Shown here piece by piece: positions 1 through 10,169 of a stretch of DNA of 64,000 nucleotides; the first letter of the stretch is position 1; the number at the start of each line of letters is the position of its first letter. This DNA comes from a virus. A program made the translations under genes and the position numbers. The DNA lies in IMG/VR virus record IMGVR_UViG_3300031555_003913, positions 1,126-65,125 of that record; one strand, given 5' to 3'. The notes beneath the pieces were generated by a model. That model saw only the letters and a list, made by a program, of their open reading frames with translations. It had not been told where the DNA came from and made no database searches.

Positions 1-481
1 GCATAATGGGATAACCATTGCGATTAAATTTTATATTATCAAAGTCCTTTACGTAAAAGGCAGAGATACCATCGTGCCCAAAAATTGCCCCTGCGGGCAT
101 ACGGCGGTCATGGAACCGTACATCATTGTACGGATTTATTTTCATATCAATCCTTTTTCCTTTGAGGCAAGGATTCCAACCACGGGCAATGGCTGTGTCA
201 GGAATAATGCACAAAGATTCGTTTTGTGCGTGAAAATCTACGATTGCATCAGTTGTAATATTGCCCTCTTCACGGCGGCAAAATTTATCCGAGTTAGAAT
301 TATAACGCATAATTTCTAAGATTGGAAATTTTCCTGATGCATTCATATCTATGATGTTGTAATTTTTGCAGTAAAATTCACTGCGGGCATCCCATCCATA
401 AATGGTGCCCACTTCAAGCATACGTCCGCAAAATGCAAGCGGCTTTCTTTTTACTACACGCAGGGTGATTTCATTTTTCAT
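1..481 (-). CDS. Hypothetical phage protein (runs off the window edge)
   Basis: Manually translated open frame MKNEITLRVVKRKPLAF... from ATG at 481, preceded by AGAAAGGA RBS; no stop before base 1. Confidence 0.7.
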   Translation of the reverse strand, partial: MKNEITLRVVKRKPLAFCGRMLEVGTIYGWDARSEFYCKNYNIIDMNASGKFPILEIMRYNSNSDKFCRREEGNITTDAIVDFHAQNESLCIIPDTAIARGWNPCLKGKRIDMKINPYNDVRFHDRRMPAGAIFGHDGISAFYVKDFDNIKFNRNGYPIM

Positions 482-498
482 TTCATTTTCCTTTCTAT

Positions 499-528
499 TA
501 AAAAAGGACAGACGGGTTGCGTCTGTCC
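499..528 (-). terminator. Intrinsic terminator
   Basis: GGACAGACG/CGTCTGTCC hairpin followed by a U-run on the minus strand. Confidence 0.55.
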
Positions 529-591
529 GTGGTAATTCAACTATAAATGGACGCACTTATTGCGTCAGATTCCAGGCACGGTTTGTCCTGA

Positions 592-777
592 CTAAATATT
601 GCCACAATATTTCACGGCTTCATCGAGCGGAATTCCCGCCTCTTTTAACACGCGATACACTTTTTCTAAGTGGTCGCGATATATTTCGCCAAGCAATAAA
701 TCCATTTTATCAGACTTTGATTCTTCAAAATCTATGTACTGTACCCATAATTTACGGGCGATTTCGTTTTTATTCAT
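592..777 (-). CDS. Small hypothetical protein (MNKNEIARKL...)
   Basis: ORF track 592..861; internal ATG at 777 avoids overlap with the upstream gene. Confidence 0.6.
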   Translation of the reverse strand: MNKNEIARKLWVQYIDFEESKSDKMDLLLGEIYRDHLEKVYRVLKEAGIPLDEAVKYCGNI

Positions 778-788
778 AACGCACCCCA

Positions 789-953
789 CTATCCTGCGAT
801 GTATCCGCAAATAAAGATTAAGGCACACGCAAGGATAATTTCTATGGCATGAATACCCCAATCAATTAAAAAGTGGGCAATTCCACCACGTGTGACGTGG
901 TATGTTTTGCCAAAAATTACACGGGTAACGTGTGTTGATTTTTTTCTTTCCAT
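789..953 (-). CDS. Small membrane protein
   Basis: MERKKST... with C-terminal hydrophobic helix; GGAG RBS upstream of ATG 953. Confidence 0.6.
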   Translation of the reverse strand: MERKKSTHVTRVIFGKTYHVTRGGIAHFLIDWGIHAIEIILACALIFICGYIAG

Positions 954-1136
954 GATTTTTCTCCATTTCCGCCGGTTCCGGCTTAATCGTGTCATGCAAA
1001 CACTTTCCGCGTGTGCTTTAAGGCTGCACTCTGCAAAAATTTGTTCTATCGTGGCACGCAAAAACAATAATTTTAGTGGAAATTTCCACTTGCAAACCTA
1101 AAAAAATAGGCTTGAAACTGGAAATTTTATGCACAC

Positions 1137-1165
1137 AAAAAGCAAGGGGTTTTCCCCTTGCTTTT
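1137..1165. terminator. Bidirectional intrinsic terminator
   Basis: AAAAGCAAGGGG-TTTT-CCCCTTGCTTTT hairpin just past the stop of 1177..2022. Confidence 0.75.
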
Positions 1166-1176
1166 CTTTGTAATGT

Positions 1177-2022
1177 TTACTTTTCAATACTTTCCGCTTT
1201 TTCCTTGGCGTCCGCCATTGCTTTATCGGCTTTTTCTTTTTCAGCTTTCTGCTTTTCAGCTTTCTGCTTTTCTTTGTAAGCTGTTTTTACTGCATTCTTC
1301 AAACCTTTGATGTCGTCTGCTTTTACGAAAGTATCCCCGTCTACAGGATACCCCTGTGCTGTTAATTCGTTGGCACGGTTACGGTACTTTAACCAGTCGC
1401 CGTTGTCGTGCTTGTCCGTGTGGTCGTGCAGGTCTACACCTGCTAATACTGCTGCAATGGCTTGTTCTACTGCAAAGGCAAATCGGTTGATTGTTTCGTC
1501 TGTGAAGGACTTTCCAGTAAAAGTACCTGCTGTATTTTCCAGTTTCTTGCGGTCTTCCTTTAAGGTAAACAGCTCAGTTGCTAACACAATACGCTTTTCG
1601 GCGTCCTCTTCCACCTTTAATTCAGCGGACTTTTCTGAAATGGCTTTACGGCACTCTTTGAGCGCTTTTCCGCTTTCAGTATCAGCTATGGTATTAGGTT
1701 TGAATTTAACGCCTAAACCTGTGAGATTAACTTTGCTTGCGTCTACGGATTCATTTACGCCTAAAGCAATTAGCACAGCCTTTAAGTGGTTTGCAGTTTT
1801 CTTGCCAGTAGTAACTGCTGTTAACAGATTTCCTATTTTGTCCATGTATTCAAGATACATGTCCTCATTGTAGAAGTCGCTCTTTTTAAGAGCAGTTACC
1901 TTGATACGGTCGATGCCTGCAGCCTTGCCCTTTTCGGTCAATATTGCTGTGAAGTCTGGCAGGGTTACTAATTCGCCAATAGGTCCAACGGTTACGGTCT
2001 TGAAGTTTCTTTTCATAGTCAT
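1177..2022 (-). CDS. Hypothetical Lys/Ala-rich phage protein
   Basis: Long ORF; GAGGT RBS before ATG 2022; highly biased codon usage; KAEKQ repeats at C-terminus. Confidence 0.75.
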   Translation of the reverse strand: MTMKRNFKTVTVGPIGELVTLPDFTAILTEKGKAAGIDRIKVTALKKSDFYNEDMYLEYMDKIGNLLTAVTTGKKTANHLKAVLIALGVNESVDASKVNLTGLGVKFKPNTIADTESGKALKECRKAISEKSAELKVEEDAEKRIVLATELFTLKEDRKKLENTAGTFTGKSFTDETINRFAFAVEQAIAAVLAGVDLHDHTDKHDNGDWLKYRNRANELTAQGYPVDGDTFVKADDIKGLKNAVKTAYKEKQKAEKQKAEKEKADKAMADAKEKAESIEK

Positions 2023-2394
2023 TTTTTTTACCTCGCTTTTCTTTGTTATAGTGTCCGGGGATATCCCCTTGCCCGGCGTCTGAGTAGGCACCCGGCAAGG
2101 GGAACGGGCAAGCCGTTCCCGGTATATAGTCGCATTGTTGCGTTACCGTCATTTATACTTTCGATATGTTCAGTCCACGAGTGGAACCGCCTAAGCGAGT
2201 TACCTCTTGAATCTTCACCGCACCACCGGAGCGAGTGGGTAAAGGTTCGCTGTCGCTTTCTTGCTTGTCTGCCGTGTGGAATCGAACCACATTTCGGCTC
2301 AGTAATAGTATAACCGATACTGGAAAGTAAGGGTTAAGTGCCCCTAATAAAATTTTAATTTTCACTTTTCCCAGTTTTGAAAGTTGGTGGAAAC

Positions 2395-2701
2395 GTTGGA
2401 ATTTCAACATTTACAGCCTTTGCAGTAAAATTTGAAAAATTCAAACAGGGGAGGTATGTTACAACTAAAAAGGTTGAAATTTCAACGATATAAGCACCCG
2501 GTTATCAACCCATCTCGTCCCTTGAAATTTCAACGTTCCGAGGCATTTTTGCCTCAAAACCCCCTCAATCGGTAAAAATTTTCGGTAGATCCAGCAATTC
2601 CAACAGATCCAGCCATTTAATCCCCCTTAAAATCCATTAAAAATGACACAAAATCTGCAAAATGTGTCACTAAAAACACCCCTAAACCATTGAAAATTCA
2701 A
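2395..2701. repeat. Cluster of TTGAAATTTCAA-type palindromes
   Basis: Copies at 2395-2408, 2431-2445, 2473-2486 (perfect), 2522-2533 (perfect), 2690-2701; related AGTGGAAATTTCCACT at 1075-1090. Confidence 0.7.
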
Positions 2702-2773
2702 CAAAAACACCGAAAAAATAAATCAAAAATCTGAAAAAACATTGAAAAATAGCCATTTATCTTAAAAAAACAG

Positions 2774-2802
2774 TTGCATTATATGCTCAACTGTGCTACA
2801 CT
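2774..2802 (+). promoter_or_regulatory. Sigma-A type promoter of the recombinase gene
   Basis: TTGCAT-17 nt-TACACT with extended TG; overlapped by inverted repeat 2785-2812. Confidence 0.65.
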
Positions 2803-2848
2803 ATAGTTGAGCTTAAAAGTAATAAGTTCGAAGGGAGGGAAAGAGATT

Positions 2849-3595
2849 ATGACAACAGCAAGAATATTTGAATTAAAAGAAGCGGAAGGTAAATTAGTAC
2901 ACTTCCCGCAGCCGCCTAAGAAGCGCCGCACTAACAGCAGCTTGAAATCTGACGGCAAACCAAAGCCTACTAAGGCAGATCCTATCCGCGATGTTGCAGA
3001 CATTGGCAAGGTACAGGAATATTTTCTGGATAAAGGCAACTTCCGTAACTACATGCTGGTTACATTGGGCATTAACTTCGCCCTGAGAGCCGGGGATTTG
3101 CTGAGCATTACATTGGGGGATGTATATGAGACAAGTGGCAAACCAAAGGACTTCTTCTACCTGCATGAAGAAAAAACCAGCAAGCGGAAGAAGGTAAACA
3201 TCAACTCCCTCTGCAGAGAAATACTGGCAGAAAATTGGGAGGATCTTTATCAGCCGCACATGGAAGAGCCGCTGTTTCCGAGCCGCAACTACGACAAAGA
3301 AACTGGCCTGCATAAGCCAATTACCATCCAGCGCCTTAATCAGATACTGGCAGAGGCACAGCGAGATACAGGCATAGTGGATCATATGAGCAGCCACTGC
3401 CTCCGTAAAACACATGCTTATCAGACCATGAAGGAGGCCAGCAACAAGCAGGAGGCTCTATACGCAATGCAGCACAAACTAAATCACAGCGACGCAAAAG
3501 TGACTATGATCTACTGCGGCATAGAAGATGATATAGTCAGAGAGCTGGATGAAAAGGCCGGAAACTTTACAGGCAACATCCGCCGCAGAAAGTAA
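2849..3595 (+). CDS. Tyrosine recombinase/integrase family protein
   Basis: Catalytic R (ALRAGD), K, HxxR (HCLRKT), H (LNHS), Y (TMIY); GGAGG RBS before ATG 2849. Confidence 0.9.
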   Translation: MTTARIFELKEAEGKLVHFPQPPKKRRTNSSLKSDGKPKPTKADPIRDVADIGKVQEYFLDKGNFRNYMLVTLGINFALRAGDLLSITLGDVYETSGKPKDFFYLHEEKTSKRKKVNINSLCREILAENWEDLYQPHMEEPLFPSRNYDKETGLHKPITIQRLNQILAEAQRDTGIVDHMSSHCLRKTHAYQTMKEASNKQEALYAMQHKLNHSDAKVTMIYCGIEDDIVRELDEKAGNFTGNIRRRK

Positions 3596-4159
3596 AGCAG
3601 ATTTTCCTGGCCCTTTACAGACCAGGCAACATATAAATGGAGGAATTTATCGATGAAGTGAGAAACATCGATATAAAGTAGAAAGGAAAAGCTCAGAAAT
3701 GGGTGTATACCCTACCCCTCCACCTACATAGCAGTCAAAAAAAAGAAACGAGGGACTGCACCATGAAAACTTCATAGGGAAAACGGCCCCATGCATGGCG
3801 GGGCATAAAGCCGGATGAAAACGCCGGTAGTGACAGAGGCAGCTAAGGGGAGCTGCCCTACCAGACACCAGGGGATACATAACAACAAACAGAGGCCGGG
3901 GTAACAGCTGGCCGGGATAAAGAAAGCAGACATGGAAATACAAAAAACATAAACAGATACACAGAAACATAAAAAAACAGGGAACAGAAAAAAAGAAAAC
4001 AATATCAATTACACTGTATAGTGTAAGAGATGGAGTACAGAGTACTCTATTTTTTCAGTAGTTTTTTCCCTCTACAGAGGGAATTTCTTACGCATACCCC
4101 TGTTTAAAAATTCCCTTCCAGGAGGGAAAAAACTTACGCAAACGGGAGGAGATGACTTA

Positions 4160-4999
4160 GTGCATAAGATACAGTATTTTATAGTGCCTGATGACATTTT
4201 TAGTAACGCTGAGAATTGGCAATATGTTATGCCAATATTCATGCAAATCCGCTTCAGGACTGACTTTACGGGGCGTTGTACTACGTCGCCAATTAGACTT
4301 TTAAAAGCCTGTGGATATAAATATTTAGGACCAAACAAGTCTAAACAACAGTTGGAAAAAGTTACGGAAACGTTAAACTATCTCGTTTCTGAGGATTTTT
4401 TCTATGATCCGGTAGATGCTACAACAGGAGAAGAAATTACGGATTTCAAAAATATTTCACCGTCAACATTCTTTGAGGTGACAATTAACGAAGATTTATG
4501 TAATACGTCAGTAAAAGGGTTCTGCCCTATTTATCCATATTTATATGAAAAATTATATAAAAGCTATGAGAAAGCGGCCGGGGTAAAGTTATGGCGGCTT
4601 CTTGTTATTTTTTGCTACTTTAGCAAACACGTATGGAAAAACTGGAGCTTCAAATATTGCATGGAAGATGTTGAGCTGTATAAGAAGCAGCGGTTTGAAA
4701 ATCCGGAATATTATGGCGCCACAATATCACATATTTGTGAAAGACTTGGGAGCAGTTTTTCAAGATCAACAGTTGAAAAGGCCATTGAATACTTGGACAA
4801 ATACGAAATTGTTCACCGTAGAAAAATTGGATCTATTTTATCTGATAATGGGAGTTTAATACCACTTGGATCAGTATTTGTCTTAGATAAATTCGGATGG
4901 AAAGATGAAATTGAAGGAGCTACAGTATTGTGCAGGCTTGAACGCGAACAATATTTTACAAAACAACCAATATCGAAGGAGGTAAAAGTGACGAATTAG
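4160..4999 (+). CDS. Hypothetical protein with C-terminal winged-HTH-like segment
   Basis: 279-aa ORF; TISHICERLGSSFSRSTVEKAIEYL resembles an HTH. Confidence 0.65.
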   Translation: MHKIQYFIVPDDIFSNAENWQYVMPIFMQIRFRTDFTGRCTTSPIRLLKACGYKYLGPNKSKQQLEKVTETLNYLVSEDFFYDPVDATTGEEITDFKNISPSTFFEVTINEDLCNTSVKGFCPIYPYLYEKLYKSYEKAAGVKLWRLLVIFCYFSKHVWKNWSFKYCMEDVELYKKQRFENPEYYGATISHICERLGSSFSRSTVEKAIEYLDKYEIVHRRKIGSILSDNGSLIPLGSVFVLDKFGWKDEIEGATVLCRLEREQYFTKQPISKEVKVTN

Positions 5000-5012
5000 T
5001 TACTGATTAAAT

Positions 5013-5219
5013 ATGACAGAGGGTACGACAGGATTAAGCTGCGCAAACTGCCAGTGGGCAGATCAATGCGGCGGCAATGAGATTTGTGAGTATTTTGACT
5101 CGCTAGAAGATATGGATTGGGGAATCCAGAATGAAGCAGATGAATATGCGGCGGCTTATAGAAGCTATCGCCGGGCAATGGAATGTGATGCAAGAGAAGC
5201 ATCATTTTTTATTTGCTAA
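5013..5219 (+). CDS. Small Cys-rich hypothetical protein
   Basis: CxxC...C...C motif; fits the operon. Confidence 0.55.
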   Translation: MTEGTTGLSCANCQWADQCGGNEICEYFDSLEDMDWGIQNEADEYAAAYRSYRRAMECDAREASFFIC

Positions 5220-5244
5220 AATTTTTTAAGGGGGAAATGAGAAA

Positions 5245-6030
5245 ATGAAAAATGAAATTACAGTATTTAACAACGAAGTATTTGGAAATTTACGTAGTGT
5301 AAATATTGACGGTGAACCTTGGTTTGTAGGAAATGATGTTGCGGAAGCTTTAGGGTACGCTCGCCCACGTAAAGCCATTCTAGACCATGTGGACGAAGAA
5401 GACAAAATGAAGGACGTCCCAATTCGGGACCCCCATGGTGTAGAACAATATCCCACATGGATTAATGAGTCGGGATTATACTCATTGACACTAAAAAGTA
5501 AACTTCCTGCGGCAAAAAAATTTAAGCGTTGGGTAACATCAGAAGTTCTTCCTTCTATTCGGAAGACCGGCGCCTACATGTTGCCGGAAGTTCTGCAGCA
5601 AGCTACAGAGGATCCTGAGTACTTGAAATATATCGTCAACTTATTGAACGAAGATCAAAAACGTAAACAGTTAATTACAGTTGAAGTAGTGAAATTGAAT
5701 ACATCTTACCACGACTGGAATAATACACAAGTTACGCCACTGATAAATGAGTTACAAAAGTTTCATCCGTCTCATACAAACTATGAGATGTTAAAAGCTA
5801 CTTACCGTGCGCTTAAAGCATATGACGGATTTGATGTTTATGCTATGAGGGATAACTTTATAGCAGAGCAAATGCACATTGCAAAAGAAAATAATCTTGA
5901 AGTATCATCTGATGAATTTAGAGTTCCATATCTTTATATGATTTACGAAAACATGGAATGTCGTCTTCGATATATGAAGACGTTATATGAGATGATTGAA
6001 ACTGAGTATTCCCAGGGGGTGACCGCTTAA
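5245..6030 (+). CDS. BRO-N domain (antirepressor-like) protein
   Basis: FGNLRSVNIDGEPWFVGNDVAEALGY...INESGLYSL...AKKFKRWVTSEVLPSIRKTG signature. Confidence 0.9.
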   Translation: MKNEITVFNNEVFGNLRSVNIDGEPWFVGNDVAEALGYARPRKAILDHVDEEDKMKDVPIRDPHGVEQYPTWINESGLYSLTLKSKLPAAKKFKRWVTSEVLPSIRKTGAYMLPEVLQQATEDPEYLKYIVNLLNEDQKRKQLITVEVVKLNTSYHDWNNTQVTPLINELQKFHPSHTNYEMLKATYRALKAYDGFDVYAMRDNFIAEQMHIAKENNLEVSSDEFRVPYLYMIYENMECRLRYMKTLYEMIETEYSQGVTA

Positions 6031-9000
6031 TGTTTGCACCAAAACTTTATACGGTATATAAAATCCCTATGCGGGATATAGCGGCGGCTGATTACAACAT
6101 TGAACGGTCAGAGGATGAATTGCGGCGGTATAAAATCCGGCAACAAGATGGCAGTATGCTAAGACTTATTAGACTTATCACCGGCGATGATGGTCAATTC
6201 AATCCGTATATTATCTTTGTGAATATCGATAAGAAGGACGAAGATATTATCCGGCGGATAGTTATGGAGGGTTTCTGGCTTAACGGTCGGCACTTTATAA
6301 TGTCCGAGCGGTCGGCCTCTATGACACGAACTGGAATTCTGAGTTTTGTTGATGAAGAAATCGAACCGGAACTTAACCGGCGAATAACGATGGATATCGA
6401 GTTTGATAAAACTGTACTGAGTAAATAATACATTTGCTCCTCTGTGTGGCGACATACAGAGCAAACTCCTTTAATTGCTGGAACTCCCTTAGAGCATCGT
6501 CGGCTACAACATAATCATGAAATATAGATAGGTGTGAATGCGAAAAAACAACGATGATTGGGAAATCAGCAGCCAAGTCTCGAATAGAGAAAGGTTCATC
6601 GACTATTCCGTAAGGAAGTACGCTAAGCGGCGGAAATGGGGAGCGTCTCACTGAGATGAAGATATAGTCAGTGCTCTATGGAAACATAGAGAAATTGAAT
6701 TTGTGATAAAAATCTTAAATGAAAGGAGGAACAAAATGTTAATACTTGAACGAGAAATTGAAATGATAGCAGTTACAGAAAAAAATGCAAATTATTATCG
6801 TAATAAAGGATATAATGTACAACTTAGAATACCATTTAATGTTAAACCTATAGATCTTCCACCAGGCTCAAACAAGAAGGTATGGGTTAAATGTGATTAC
6901 TGCGGCAAAGAATATCAGATGGTATTTCAAAAATACATCAAGCGTGTTTTAGAGGCGACAGTACATAAATGTGCATGTAGAGAGTGTGAACATCTTAAGA
7001 TTGCAGAGAGCAATATGATTAATTATGGTATGAGTACCAATGCTTTGCCGGAAGTAAAAGCAAGGAAGTTACAATCCAACAGAGACAACTACGGTGTCGA
7101 TAACCCAATGCAACTTAAGAAGTTTCAAGATAAACAAAAACAGACAATGGTTGATAGATACGGTGTCGAATATTCTGCGCAAAGCTCTACATTAAGAGCG
7201 AAAACAATAAATACTTGGATGACGAATTATGGAGTAAATCACCCATCAAAATCAAATGAAATTTTAGAAAAGAGAAATAAGAATAATTTAGAAAAATACG
7301 GAGTCGAACATACCCTGCAGTTAGATTCGGTTAGAGAACAGATAGCGCAAACTTCATATAAGAATAGTACTTGTAAAGTCAGTGCAGAGCAGCTTCATCT
7401 AAAAGAATTGTTTAGTGCAGATCTGAATTATCCTATCGGGAAATATAATGCTGATCTTCTTCTTGCTGATGATGTGATTCTTGAACTTGATGGAAGTGGA
7501 CATGAGTTAAACATACTTTATGGAAATGTAAGTCAAGAAGAATTTCAGAGAAAAGAAGAACGACGTACAAGATATATTTTAAGCCAGGGATATAAGATTA
7601 TCAGATTCTCTCATAAGAGACATACACGTATTAGAGACTGGAAATATATAGACGCTTTGGAGAAATGCTTGGATAAGTTAGACGCCTATAATTGTGTGTG
7701 TTATGATTTTGATACAGATGAACTTATAGTATAAGACTTTTAATCACAAATTCAACTGTATGAGATTAGCGAACTTATACAGTAACAAATCAGAAATATT
7801 ATAGTTATAGAGGTTTACTCCTGAGCGCATGTCATATGTTAGAAGGATTCCGACCAAAAGTTATCGTTGTTCCAGATTACTTCCGCATAGTTCCGGATCA
7901 GCATATTAAGTACGCTTACGACGACACTATTGAGTTTATTGACAAAGAAGGTCGTGATCGAATTTGGACACAGAAATCTATTGGGCAAGATATAAGAGAT
8001 ATAGAAATTAATGCATTTGATGGATGTGGTATCCACCACCCTGCTATTTCTCGCCAGGTTGAAGAGATCCTTAGAAGTAAAACGCAGATGTCTAGTATTC
8101 TGTGGAGAATGCCTTGGATTAAAGGAGTAACCCATGAATTAGATTATTCATCTTTCTTTAATGAAAACGGAGTTCACACAATAAAGGATATGTGGGGAGT
8201 AGAACATGACGTGAATGATCCAATGATTATCTGTACTGAATCAATGTATAAAGGGTTTAAACATTTTAAGGTATATGGAGATGAACGGGATTGGGAACTA
8301 TATTGGGAAAAGTTTGAAAAATATGACCACTGTATTGGTATTGCGAAATGGAATTTTACCGCCGATGAAGAGCCGGTATATACCCGGGCAAACTATCAGA
8401 TACTCCAAGACCTTAACTTACCTTATGAACAATTTAGAGAACTTGCTACTTATAGTGTAGAGTGGGCTGAGAAAATTATCAGCGGCGACCCCCTCTACAC
8501 TTTTTGTTTTCTGGGAATGATGGCCGACAATCATGTTCCAAAGAATGATTACGCCGCGGCCATATTAAAGAATCCTGAAATGATTAAGGAACAGAGCGTA
8601 AAAAAATATCTGATGAGTTTGCTGAGTAAATATCGTGACGATATGAAGTGTGGGAAACTTTGGATGAAGGCAGCTTTTAAGTTTTTAACTCCAGACTTGA
8701 TTATGCTTATGCAACATATTGGTGGACTTGAACCAATCGGATGCCTGGAATCCAATGAGTTTTATTCTCATAATAAGGACGGCGTTATCCTTGGAGAACG
8801 GTTGATTGAAAGAAATCCTCATATCTGCAAATCCGAACATGTTATTCTTACTGGCGTTCAGAATGAATTAACAAACATCTACTGTTCACATTTGGATAAT
8901 ATTTGTATGATAAATTCAAAAAGTATTACGAACGCACGTTTGAATGGTGCCGATACAGATGGCGACCTTGTTTTCTTAATCGATAACCCATTGATGATGA

Positions 9001-10156
9001 GTGGTGTCGATCGAAATGCACAAGTTGTTATGGATACAGAAGATAAAATTACTGCAATGGCCGAAGAAGACACTCCGGAAAATAGAGTGTCTCTAGTATT
9101 GAGAACTATTAATTCTTTAATAGGCGAATGCAGTAATACATCAAGTTGTTTCCATAATAAGAAACCAAAGAGTGAAGAGGTAAAGAAAAAATATGAGAGC
9201 TACATTGACCTGCTCTCAATTATTAACGGTAATCGCTTTGCCGTTATAAAATTTCGTGAACCCCGCCCGGGGGTGTAGGGTTATACCCTGCTAACGGTCA
9301 ACTAAGCCGAAAGGCTAAGGTGGTAAGAGAACCTAAATCCATGCTGGATACGGTAATACCGTGCGAAGCACCGCAAGGTGAACGTGTAGAGACTAATGGT
9401 GATGAGTGTAACCATGTAGGAGAAGAGATAGGCACTTCTTCCAAGCGCGAAACTACATAGTAGAAGATATAGTCCACATTCCATGAAAATGGAAATTGTT
9501 TGAAGGCGATAGATTACGCAAAAACCGGGGTGTTATATAACATACCAAAACACATAGCAAAATATAGCAAACCCCTCCCCTACTTTATGAAGTATGCATC
9601 GGAGTACTACGGCGGCCTTCACACCTTCTCCAATGCGCCGAGCAATATGAATCGGCTCTGCAAAGATCTGGAGAAGTGGTCGCAGCGGCAGCATTACACC
9701 ATCAACAGCCGCGATTTCGATTGGACAATTATGTTGGATGATTCTATTCCACATGATGAAGATAAGCAGGAGCAGATAAATAGGACCTATCTTGAATTCT
9801 GCCGCGAGATGTCTACCCTCGCCCACGACCAGTCACAGATTCGTAAATATGGGGATGAATCACTGAGCAAATACGATGCACGTAACTTTACAATTAACTG
9901 GGGATATTATTACGATAGATATCGCGAACGTTGTCAGGAGATTTGCCCAGATATTAAAGAATTGGCAAACTTGGCAGTTAGAGCTTGCTATGAATATTAT
10001 CCTCAGAAAAAGAACAGTAAGTTTATGTGGCGTGTTGCCGGCGAAGGTATTGTACAAAATATTGACCAACAGACCTTCCCCCTTCCAATGCGGGATGATA
10101 AAGGTGAATATGAGTATTTGGGAAAACGCTATAGATTTGAAAATATAATTATATAA
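6030..10156 (+). CDS. yonO: YonO-like single-subunit RNA polymerase, spliced from exons 6030-6422, 7794-9230, 9503-10156 (827 aa)
   Basis: GADTDGD catalytic motif, RNPH and AIDYAKTG motifs; junctions read KTVLS|KYYSYRGL and SIING|KAIDYAKTG in frame. Confidence 0.88.
6423..7793 (+). mobile_element. Group I intron RNAP-I1 with homing endonuclease in P9
   Basis: P1 GAGU/GCUC with U-G; P10 AUUU/AAAU; P AATTGCTGGAA, Q AATCAGCAG, P7 GACTA (6601)/TAGTC (6665); terminal G7793; stem TTGAATTTGTGAT/ATCACAAATTCAA encloses the ORF. Confidence 0.92.
6736..7734 (+). CDS. Intron-encoded endonuclease, Vsr/DUF559-like PD-(D/E)xK domain with YGV repeats and Zn finger
   Basis: ADLLL...ILELDGSGH...GYKIIRF C-terminal motif; CDYCG; repeated NYGV units; GGAGG RBS. 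Confidence 0.8.
   Translation: MLILEREIEMIAVTEKNANYYRNKGYNVQLRIPFNVKPIDLPPGSNKKVWVKCDYCGKEYQMVFQKYIKRVLEATVHKCACRECEHLKIAESNMINYGMSTNALPEVKARKLQSNRDNYGVDNPMQLKKFQDKQKQTMVDRYGVEYSAQSSTLRAKTINTWMTNYGVNHPSKSNEILEKRNKNNLEKYGVEHTLQLDSVREQIAQTSYKNSTCKVSAEQLHLKELFSADLNYPIGKYNADLLLADDVILELDGSGHELNILYGNVSQEEFQRKEERRTRYILSQGYKIIRFSHKRHTRIRDWKYIDALEKCLDKLDAYNCVCYDFDTDELIV
9231..9502 (+). ncRNA. Group I intron RNAP-I2, ORF-less, 272 nt
   Basis: P1 AACGGU/GCCGUU; R GTAGAGACTA, S AAGATATAGTC; terminal G9502; splicing restores the frame. Confidence 0.92.
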
Positions 10157-10169
10157 GGGGGAATTTGAG

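Noticed and set aside
74-1873. Plus-strand ORFs in the first 2 kb and most short antisense ORFs in the structural region
   Set aside because: They are shadows of better-supported genes on the opposite strand.
2076-2105. Hammerhead ribozyme (CTGAGTAG...GAA)
   Set aside because: The core does not match CUGAnGA...GAAA.
2395-2701. CRISPR array
   Set aside because: Repeats are only 12-15 bp, irregularly spaced, and no cas genes are present.
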